64,000 nucleotides of DNA from Candidatus Binatia bacterium (GTDB taxonomy: Bacteria > Desulfobacterota > Binatia > UBA1149 > CAITLU01). The notes under the pieces are model-generated. The model worked only from the letters and a program-made list of their open reading frames with translations. It was not told the origin of the DNA and ran no database searches. The translations under genes were made by a program, and so were the position numbers. Location: positions 10,496-74,495 of the forward strand of contig JBLFWR010000004.1 in the NCBI GenBank assembly GCA_047611725.1, in the 5' to 3' direction. Below, piece by piece: positions 1 through 7,241 of the stretch (its first letter is position 1; the number at the start of each line of letters is the position of its first letter).

Positions 1-53
1 AATCGCCACAAGAGGGGCGGTTAGGGCTTCAGCCGATGCGAAACGAGGCGTGA

Positions 54-1256
54 CTATTTGTGGGCCGCAGCACCGGCGGCCTCGATCAATATGGCTCGCT
101 CGTAGTCGGCCACATCTTCAAATGTCCCCTTAATTCGACGACGGTTCAGGAACAGGGTGGGGGTCGAACTCAGCTTTAGTTTTTCACCGCTTCGAGCCTC
201 GGCAACGATTTTTTCGAGAGTCTTATGCTCTTCCATGCAGACGCGAAAGGAGTCCTTATCGACTCCAGCGCGTTCGGCGAGGCGAAAGATATTGGTTTCG
301 AAAAGCTGGGGCTGATTGCCGAATAGCTCGGCCGAAACTTCGTGCTGTAGGCCCTGTAGTGATGCACATTGGGCCGCCTCAGCGGCACGACAGGCGTTGC
401 GGTGAACGGTGGAATCTATGGCACCGTTGCACTTCGCATCCAATGGGAAGTTGCGATGAACGACATGGACAAGGTTGCCGCGGCGCTCGAGAACCTCTTC
501 GAGGAGATTCCAATTGCGTCGACAAGAAGGACACTCAAAGTCTGAGTAGTCGATGAGCACGACGGGTTTGCTGCCAAGGTTGGCGGCTTCATCGTCGGAC
601 AAGACCAGCTGGTCGGAATTCTCGATCGGCTGCTCGAAATACCAAGCGTAGAAGTTCGGGTCGCCGGATTGAAGTTCTTGCAGCGTCATACTGCCCGGGT
701 CGAGGCGTTCTCCTTCGCCACCGGAAGAGGCCAGACCGATGGCGGCCGTAACGACCAACGCCGCTCCGGTGGAAGCGATTGCCCCGGCGACGGTCAATGG
801 GCGCGGATGTCCTGGATAGACACGCACGAACTCACGGCAGGCGAACGCAACCACTAAAGCCAGCGTAAAGGAGACGACGTACAACGAGGTACAAAGCAGG
901 CAGATTGTCTTCAGGATAAGGGCCGAGACCAGCGCCATGTACAAAGAAAACACGACCGATCCGATCGTGCCGGCCGCTGCCAGGCCCAGTAAGCGGCTGC
1001 CCGCTCGTCCGCCCTTTCTGGCCATCAAGAATGCTGCCGCCAGCGCTAGATACGCAAGCAGGGCGAGCCAGGCTACGGGTATCCCGGCGACCTTCGAATA
1101 GTCGCTCGATAGTACCGCGTCGCAATTGATCGAGCTGTTGACGTTGCAGAAGCTGGTGTATCGATCGCCGAGCGATGCGATTTGCGAGTGTACCCACGAA
1201 ATCTCAACCGCGATTGCCGCTCCAACGAGCGAAATTAGAGCGGCGGCGAGGAGCAA
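54..1256 (-). CDS. VKOR-family membrane oxidoreductase fused to a DsbA/thioredoxin-like domain (disulfide-bond formation)
   Basis: 400-aa ORF. The N-terminal ~150 aa are hydrophobic helices with a loop Cys pair (FCNVNSSINC) and a membrane CxxC (CLLC), the bacterial VKOR pattern. The C-terminal domain has a thioredoxin-fold CxxC (DFECPSCRR) in a DsbA-like context. Apparent TTG start at the ORF edge, so the start is uncertain. Confidence 0.8.
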   Translation of the reverse strand: MLLAAALISLVGAAIAVEISWVHSQIASLGDRYTSFCNVNSSINCDAVLSSDYSKVAGIPVAWLALLAYLALAAAFLMARKGGRAGSRLLGLAAAGTIGSVVFSLYMALVSALILKTICLLCTSLYVVSFTLALVVAFACREFVRVYPGHPRPLTVAGAIASTGAALVVTAAIGLASSGGEGERLDPGSMTLQELQSGDPNFYAWYFEQPIENSDQLVLSDDEAANLGSKPVVLIDYSDFECPSCRRNWNLLEEVLERRGNLVHVVHRNFPLDAKCNGAIDSTVHRNACRAAEAAQCASLQGLQHEVSAELFGNQPQLFETNIFRLAERAGVDKDSFRVCMEEHKTLEKIVAEARSGEKLKLSSTPTLFLNRRRIKGTFEDVADYERAILIEAAGAAAHK

Positions 1257-1386
1257 GCGCTTAAGGCGCGTTCCTGAATCTTTCGCAGACGTTTTCAGCT
1301 GAATTTCCCCGAGAAAACTGAGTGACGCGGCAACCTATCGGCCGGTTTTCCGGTTTGCAACTCGCCTCTGGCAAGGGCCCGGCTTG

Positions 1387-3183
1387 TCATGGCGTGGAAC
1401 CCGGCACTTGGGCCTCACAGCGTGCGACTGCGGCTTGGATTACGGGCTCGTCGAGGAGGCGAGCGGCTCGGCGATAGTCGTCCAGAGCCGCCGAACAACC
1501 CTGGCTACGCTCGCGAACCATGCCGCGGCCGTACAAAGCTTCAGGCACGTTGGGGGAAGATTCTAGGACGGTGTCGAACTCTTGTTCGGCGCGATCCAGA
1601 CGTCCATATCCCGCAAGGTCCATCGCATAGGCAATTCGCAGACCGATATGGCTGGGGTTGGTGGTTATCGATTCGGCACGAACCGCGAGGGCGCTTTCGC
1701 GGTCACCCGCGATCTCGTGGGTCACCACAAGGTTGTTCCATGCGCGGTCGAAATCGGGCCGCGAGGAAAGCGCGGTTCGAAAAGCGCGCCTGGCTTCGTC
1801 GAGCTTTCCGGCTTTGGCGAGCATGTTCCCCATGTTGTACGCGGCAACGCCGTAATCCGGCTTAATGGCCAGCGCGCTGCGAAACGAAGCTAGGGCCTCT
1901 TCGGTGCGGCCAGCTCGACCTAAGGCTGAGGCCAGTTCCATATGTGCCCGTGCACTGTGTGGCACGGCCTCTGTGGTTTGTTGAAATAGCTCGATGTGAG
2001 AACGCCAGTCACGCGTGCGGTCGATGTCGATGGCAATCCAGGCAAGGGCGACTGCGCCCAATACCACGCCAGCGCGTTTGCGATCGCGGTTTAGGGCGAA
2101 AGATAGCGCTGGCGCTGCCGCGAGGCACAACCCCAGGGTCGGCAGATAGAACAGACGCTCGCCCATGATCGTCCCAATCTGAACGATGCTGTTGGAGACA
2201 ATCGAGTACGAAGCAACAGCCAGCCCGAGGCCGACCGGTACGGCTGCGAGTTGCCGCCAGCGCCAAGCGCTCCACAGGCTACCTCCGCAAGTGGCAAACC
2301 CGATCACGCTCCAGAGGTTGCCGCGGAAGCCTTCGGCAATGCCAAGCGCATTGTAGGAATAGTCGATGCTGAGGGGGAGGGGCCAGACGACAAGTCCGAT
2401 GTAGCGGCCCAGGACAGCCAAAGCTCCGGCCGCGCGTCCAGGCAGATCGAGACCATGCAGCGGGTTGTCGAGGATATCGGCGGCTGTGGTCGCAGGAAGG
2501 AACGGCCCGTCAGCCGCGGCGCGCAAGCCAACGTAGGCTAGGAGTCCGATTCCAAGGGCCGCTGTTTCTTTTGCTGCACGACTGGCCGGCGCCGGTTGGT
2601 TACGATGCACAAAAATCGCGAACAGCGCCGGGGCCACGAGGATCGTCACTGCATTTTCTTTGGCTAGGATGCCAGCGAACAGGCAAAACGCTGCTGCTGT
2701 CAGCGCCATTGGTGACATTCGCGCGCGAAGCAAGGCCAGAGCTGCACCGGCAAAGCCCAGGGCAGCGAGGATTTCGGCTCGACCCACACTCCAAATTACG
2801 GCTTCGGAATGGATGGGCATTGCCACGAAGGCCAGAGCTGCTGCTGCGGCGCCGAGCCGGTCTACGCCCAAAGCTAGCGCCAGAAGCCATAGCAGCTGCC
2901 CGACTAGGGCATGAAGCACGATATTGGTCGCGTGAAAGGGGCCCGGCGCCGATCCGGATACCCAATGTTGGACCGCGTAGGTCAAGGTCGTCAGGGGTCG
3001 GTAGCCGGGAGAATCGGCACGGTCAGCACCCCACCAAGAGTACGTCGTGAAAATTTCCGGCAGATTCAGTTCGCCGACTACGTGCTCGTTGCTGATGATC
3101 GCGTTGACGTCGTCAGACACGAGCGGGGCATTGAATGCGCCCGCGTACGCGATTCCCGCAGCCACGACGAGGGCGGCGAACAT
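1387..3183 (-). CDS. Polytopic GT-C-type (TMTC/PMT-like) membrane glycosyltransferase candidate with C-terminal TPR repeats
   Basis: ORF 1387..3240; likely ATG at 3183 (MFAALVVAAG). The first-loop motif PLVSDDVNAIISNEHV resembles the conserved acidic motif of TMTC/PMT-type O-mannosyltransferases. Many hydrophobic segments follow. The last ~200 aa are TPR-like (e.g. AYNMGNMLAKAGKLDEARRAFRTALSSRPDF). Confidence 0.6.
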   Translation of the reverse strand: MFAALVVAAGIAYAGAFNAPLVSDDVNAIISNEHVVGELNLPEIFTTYSWWGADRADSPGYRPLTTLTYAVQHWVSGSAPGPFHATNIVLHALVGQLLWLLALALGVDRLGAAAAALAFVAMPIHSEAVIWSVGRAEILAALGFAGAALALLRARMSPMALTAAAFCLFAGILAKENAVTILVAPALFAIFVHRNQPAPASRAAKETAALGIGLLAYVGLRAAADGPFLPATTAADILDNPLHGLDLPGRAAGALAVLGRYIGLVVWPLPLSIDYSYNALGIAEGFRGNLWSVIGFATCGGSLWSAWRWRQLAAVPVGLGLAVASYSIVSNSIVQIGTIMGERLFYLPTLGLCLAAAPALSFALNRDRKRAGVVLGAVALAWIAIDIDRTRDWRSHIELFQQTTEAVPHSARAHMELASALGRAGRTEEALASFRSALAIKPDYGVAAYNMGNMLAKAGKLDEARRAFRTALSSRPDFDRAWNNLVVTHEIAGDRESALAVRAESITTNPSHIGLRIAYAMDLAGYGRLDRAEQEFDTVLESSPNVPEALYGRGMVRERSQGCSAALDDYRRAARLLDEPVIQAAVARCEAQVPGSTP

Positions 3184-3236
3184 TTCCGCATGGATTTTCA
3201 CATGGTCACGCCCTTGGATGGCTGACCGGGGCTGCC

Positions 3237-4442
3237 TCAACGGGAAACGACGTTTGTGACTGCCAACACCGGTAGTGGCGAGACTTGCTCGGTCTCAGTG
3301 TCGGCGGCGTCCATGACTCGTACGTTGAAGCTGCCGGGACTCAAGCTTTCGTTGGTCCGGAATGCGCACGTGACCACCGGGCCAGTCTCAGGCATCCCGT
3401 CCAAGTCGATGATTCCGATCTTGGCGGAACGTCCAAGTTTGTTTGCGGCGCCCAGCATGCCCCCCAAGAACAGGCAGTCCAGCTTGGTTGCACCCTGCGA
3501 GACAAAGCCGCCACTATCGCCGAGGTGGTCGATTTCGAACTGAAGGGCGCCGAGTTCATTGCTGCCTTCGACGATGGAGACTGTGATCTCGTATTCCGGA
3601 AGGCCGGGGCTAAATCCTGGAGAGTCGTCGTAGTTGTCAGTGGCGGTTCCGGTTTCTGCCTGGCCGTCGTCGGCCGCCGCTGGTGCAGACGGGCCAGCCT
3701 TATTGCCCAACGGATTGTTGGCGGCGATGCGGTCGCGCACGCGTTGCGCCGATGTTGATGCCGGCTCCACGGGTGCGACCGGCGCGGCGGGCACGGCGGG
3801 TGGGGTGGCCTTCGGTACGCTGGCGGTCGGAGCCTTTGGAGCTGGAGCCGGTTTGGATGCGGGTGTCGGGGCGGGGCTAGGCGGCGGATTGCTGCCTGCC
3901 GGCTTCTTTCCATCCGGCGAAACCTTCTGCTTGTCCGAAACCGCCGCCGGTGGCGTCGGTTTTTTATCGGTCTCCACGGGGGCCGGAACTGGGAGGGGTT
4001 GGATTCTCGCTTGGCGTGGAGAGCGGGGGTCGAGTTCCTTCCCTTCTTCGTCTTGGGCCTTCACGATCCTGGCTTTCATTGCCTTCTGGATTGTAGTCGC
4101 GTTGGTCATCGGGTCTGCCGGGATCATGCGGCAGGCGGCGAGATCGATTGGGCCGGTAAAACCGCGGTTGGAACGCGCGCGCAAAGTTAGGCGTCCCACG
4201 CCGTCGTCGGTGAAATCTCCGCCTACGAAGGGGCTGATGAAAGCGCACTCAAGATCAGAACCATCTCGGGAGATCGTCGCTCCGGCCTGCGAGTAGTCAA
4301 CAAGAATCGTCGCGCTCGCCAGCCTTGCGGTGTCTTGAGACAGGGAAATCACTACCTCGACGGGGGGTGCGCCACTGTTTCCACACGATGCGAGGATCAG
4401 GCCCAGGCCGGAGACGGCCAGAATTCGAGTGAACTTTTTCAC
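3237..4442 (-). CDS. Lipoprotein with two copies of a two-Cys beta-module separated by a long Pro/Ala/Lys-rich linker
   Basis: ORF 3237..4487. Probable GTG start at 4442 (VKKFTRILAVSGLGLILAS|CGN, lipobox) preceded by a GGGGGA Shine-Dalgarno-like run. Module copies lie at about 4032-4364 and 3240-3590 (ALQFEIDH...LDC...GPVVTCAFR). The linker is PAPTPASKPAPAPKAP-like. Confidence 0.75.
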   Translation of the reverse strand: MKKFTRILAVSGLGLILASCGNSGAPPVEVVISLSQDTARLASATILVDYSQAGATISRDGSDLECAFISPFVGGDFTDDGVGRLTLRARSNRGFTGPIDLAACRMIPADPMTNATTIQKAMKARIVKAQDEEGKELDPRSPRQARIQPLPVPAPVETDKKPTPPAAVSDKQKVSPDGKKPAGSNPPPSPAPTPASKPAPAPKAPTASVPKATPPAVPAAPVAPVEPASTSAQRVRDRIAANNPLGNKAGPSAPAAADDGQAETGTATDNYDDSPGFSPGLPEYEITVSIVEGSNELGALQFEIDHLGDSGGFVSQGATKLDCLFLGGMLGAANKLGRSAKIGIIDLDGMPETGPVVTCAFRTNESLSPGSFNVRVMDAADTETEQVSPLPVLAVTNVVSR

Positions 4443-4483
4443 GGATCCCCCTGAAGGCGGACAGCTGTTGAAATCGCTGCCAA

Positions 4484-5050
4484 TCACGGCGCGGTAGTCG
4501 TTGTGGTTGTGGACGAAGAGGTTGTAGTGGTCGAAGGGGAGCCATCGTCAGGCGCGACCGTCGTCGATGTTGATGTTGATGTTGCGCTGGCCGCGCTGAC
4601 GGCGACGGTGATCGTCGCCGTTTCGTCTGCGCCATCTGCGTCCTGCGCGGTTACGGTGCCAATTGTGAAGTTGCCGGATGTCGGAGCCACGGACGATTCG
4701 AAGGTGCACACGGCGACTTCCTCGTCTGCGTCGATGAGCGTGTCTCCGGCAGAAACGGCAATTTCTAGGTCGTCCACGTCGTCATCAACAAAAGAACTCG
4801 TGCCAGTCGCGTTGCCACTGGTTGAACAGTCCACGTTCGATCCCGCTCCCGTAAAGTCGCCTCCACCCGTGTAGGTGACGCCAAAGGTCAGCTGGTCGAT
4901 AGGGTTGGTAGCCGTGGCGACGGTGAATGAAATCAGAAAAGTCTGAATGTCACCCTGGCTGGGGCCGCAGCTGGTGATTAAAGGAAGAAGCAGACTTGCG
5001 AGGGTGACCAGGCGAAGTCGCGTGGAGAAGGAGTGCCATTGACGATTCAT
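4484..5050 (-). CDS. Lipoprotein with one two-Cys module and a Ser/Thr-rich C-terminal tail
   Basis: 188-aa ORF with lipobox LPLITS|CG. The module (LTFGVTYTGGGDF...VDC...EEVAVCTFE) lies at about 4598-4951. The tail is STSTSTTVAPDDGSPSTTTTSSSTTTTTTAP. It overlaps the downstream ORF by 4 nt, which suggests an operon. Confidence 0.75.
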   Translation of the reverse strand: MNRQWHSFSTRLRLVTLASLLLPLITSCGPSQGDIQTFLISFTVATATNPIDQLTFGVTYTGGGDFTGAGSNVDCSTSGNATGTSSFVDDDVDDLEIAVSAGDTLIDADEEVAVCTFESSVAPTSGNFTIGTVTAQDADGADETATITVAVSAASATSTSTSTTVAPDDGSPSTTTTSSSTTTTTTAP

Positions 5051-5143
5051 TGGCTTTGAATTCTAGGTTAAACGCCGCCAGGCGGCCAATCGACGCTTTG
5101 GCTTCGCCGGCCGCTGCAGCGATTGGCCGCAGCGTGAACGAAC

Positions 5144-5178
5144 AAAAGCCCGACCCCTTTTTCGGGGGCCGGGCTTTT
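5144..5178 (-). terminator. Rho-independent terminator candidate after the 625-aa Cys-rich gene
   Basis: GC-rich hairpin aaaagcccgacccc / gggggccgggctttt with a 6-nt loop. On the minus strand a T-rich tract (ttttgtt) follows. It lies 41 nt downstream of the stop at 5219. Confidence 0.7.
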
Positions 5179-5218
5179 GCATTGATCTCAGCCACGAGGG
5201 CTCAAATCGTTGTCGGGC

Positions 5219-7096
5219 CTACTCGGTCTGACAGTTCTCGTCGCAGCCGTCGTCTCCGACGAAGTTGCTGTCGTCGCAGGTTTCGTCGCAACCAATTTCG
5301 CCATCGCCGCAGCGACAGACCTGGATAAACGACTTCAGGCTGATGGCCCCGGGGCCGGTCAAGCCACCCGCGCTGTTAATGGTCGACGACGAGGTCGCCG
5401 GCACACAGAACAGAGCGGCCGTGGTCGGCCGTGAGCTGTCATCAACGCAGGTGTCGTCTCCGGCGCAATCGGCATCGCTTGTACAGGCGTTGGGATTGTC
5501 CGGATCGTTTGCGCAGTAGCTGCCCAACGGTGAGGGGACACCGTCTCGGGTGATCTCAGCCTCGAAGCAGGGCTTGAACTCGAACTGACACACGCCTGCA
5601 CTGTTGGCAGCACAGGTTGAATCGTCGTTGCAGGAGCGGAAGCTCTGCAGCGAGCAAGTGCCCACCAAGTTGTCCGGGCACAGCTCCTTGTCATCCAAGC
5701 CGCAGATGAATTTGAACCCTACACCGCATTCGTTCGGCTGAGACTGCGGAGCGTTGGCGCCCACCGATCCACTTCCAACCGTACAAGTACTGTCACCTGG
5801 ACAGGACTCGTCGTCGAAACACGGCAGCGTCGGATCGTCGTCGCAGAATCCACAGTGGCACCAGTGTCCACAGGTAATGGGCTGAATCGGAGCTGCTGCA
5901 CAGGCACCGCCGCCACAGTCACCGTTGGTGCTGCATACGGTGCGTGGGTCGTCGTCGCAGCGCAGGCAATCCGCGTTGGTGCTGCACGAGTCACCATTGT
6001 CAACGCAGGTCGCAGGTCCGTTCAGCGGGTTGTTGCCCAACAGGAAGTTCGAGCACGGTAGCTTCGCCGTCTTCGTCACTGTGCCCGTAGTCACGTTGTC
6101 GAAGATGATCGACAAGCCAGCACCGGAAATGTTGGCACCCAGAGTCGGGGGACAATCGAACGAAACACCACCGAAATCAGGACTGATCGAATCGATCGTG
6201 CAGTCGGCCCCTGGGAACTGTCCATCGTCGCAAGTGAAGGTGGCTCCGAGCTCTAGGTTCTGGCCCAGACGTCCGCAGCGAGGACAGGGCTGATCGACCG
6301 CGTCGCCCAAGAACACACGCGATTTCAGGTTTACGCCGACCTTGGAATCACCAGTCACCGCGTTGCTGGTGCCGGTGAATTCACTGTCGAAAATCGACAC
6401 TACGCAGACCGGGTTGCCGGCCGACGATAGCGGGAGCGGGGGGCCGAACATGAACTTACATGCCACGCCACTGGGGCAATCGCCGTCGGAATCGCAGGCT
6501 GCAAGCGTTGTTACACAGCGCTTCTGACCAACAGGTCCGGCGATCTCGCAGTCGGTGTCGCCACCTTCATTGCAATCGCAGGTCGGGTTGCAAAGTTCGC
6601 CGCTCGGGCAATCTTCGTCTTCGACGCAGATTTCATCCGAGATGCTACAGCGGCGCAGGGTGCGAATGAGCACCGAACCGCCTTCAATCACTTCGGCGTT
6701 GTGGGCGATGCCTGTCCAGCCGGAATCCAGATCGGATCCACTCAGGACAAAAAGTTCAGCTGAGGTGCACGCGGGGCCGCCGTCTACCGGTGGGCAGTCA
6801 CAATCGAGTGTCACCCCAACTTGGCCGACCGCGTAGCGAAGACACTGCAGGGCGTCACTGGCACGGACGTTGCCGTCGCCGCTGACATCGCAAATGCACT
6901 CCTCGTCGCTGTCTGGGAGGCAAGCCTGGGCGCCTACGGCGACCTTAAGGATGGCCAGGCAGTCGCTGGCTCTCGGGCCCTCGTTATTGGTTGACGGTTG
7001 GCTACAGTCGCCCTGAGCGGCCAAAGCTGCTGCGGGCAAGAAGATTGAGAGGACGAGCGCGCCAGCGGTAAACAGGCGCATTGCGGAATTTCGCAC
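5219..7096 (-). CDS. Secreted, extremely Cys-rich protein (paralogue 1) with an N-terminal dockerin-like repeat pair and a C-terminal Myxococcus-type Cys repeat
   Basis: 625-aa ORF with a GTG start 7-8 nt after AAGGAGGG. Signal peptide ...PAAALAAQ|GD. 60 Cys by my hand count. Dockerin-like CDVSGDGNVRASDALQCLRYAVG. Core motifs SGWTGIAHN, PPLPLSSAGNPVC, PCPRCG, NISGAGLSI and FCVPATSSSTINSAGGLTGPG are shared with the ORFs at 10374..13346 and 13661..15742. The C-terminus CGDGEIGCDETCDDSNFVGDDGCDENC resembles the Myxococcus cysteine-rich repeat. Confidence 0.85.
   Translation of the reverse strand: MRNSAMRLFTAGALVLSIFLPAAALAAQGDCSQPSTNNEGPRASDCLAILKVAVGAQACLPDSDEECICDVSGDGNVRASDALQCLRYAVGQVGVTLDCDCPPVDGGPACTSAELFVLSGSDLDSGWTGIAHNAEVIEGGSVLIRTLRRCSISDEICVEDEDCPSGELCNPTCDCNEGGDTDCEIAGPVGQKRCVTTLAACDSDGDCPSGVACKFMFGPPLPLSSAGNPVCVVSIFDSEFTGTSNAVTGDSKVGVNLKSRVFLGDAVDQPCPRCGRLGQNLELGATFTCDDGQFPGADCTIDSISPDFGGVSFDCPPTLGANISGAGLSIIFDNVTTGTVTKTAKLPCSNFLLGNNPLNGPATCVDNGDSCSTNADCLRCDDDPRTVCSTNGDCGGGACAAAPIQPITCGHWCHCGFCDDDPTLPCFDDESCPGDSTCTVGSGSVGANAPQSQPNECGVGFKFICGLDDKELCPDNLVGTCSLQSFRSCNDDSTCAANSAGVCQFEFKPCFEAEITRDGVPSPLGSYCANDPDNPNACTSDADCAGDDTCVDDSSRPTTAALFCVPATSSSTINSAGGLTGPGAISLKSFIQVCRCGDGEIGCDETCDDSNFVGDDGCDENCQTE
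6821..7009 (-). other. Dockerin-like EF-hand repeat pair (domain of the 625-aa protein)
   Basis: ASDCLAILKVAVG ... CDVSGDGNVRASDALQCLRYAVG. The second segment fits the D-x-[NSD]-x-D-G-x(5)-D-A-L-x-x-L-[KR] calcium-loop plus helix pattern of dockerin repeats. The first segment keeps only the helix. Confidence 0.6.
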
Positions 7097-7241
7097 GGGG
7101 GGATCCCTCCTTGGATTTCAGTTGGGTGATCATGGCCCTTTGGCCGAGCAGACGGAAGGCTAAAACTAAGGGGAGCCCTGCGAACAGGACTCCCCCTAGT
7201 TATAAAGTGCCGTAGGCGTCTAACCTGCGGCCGTTTTCTTG

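Noticed and set aside
3341-4296. ORFs 3341..3913 (-) and 3634..4296 (+) overlapping the Pro-rich linker of the 416-aa lipoprotein.
   Set aside because: They are alternative-frame or antisense translations of a low-complexity GC-rich linker. The lipoprotein frame is supported by its lipobox and two module copies.
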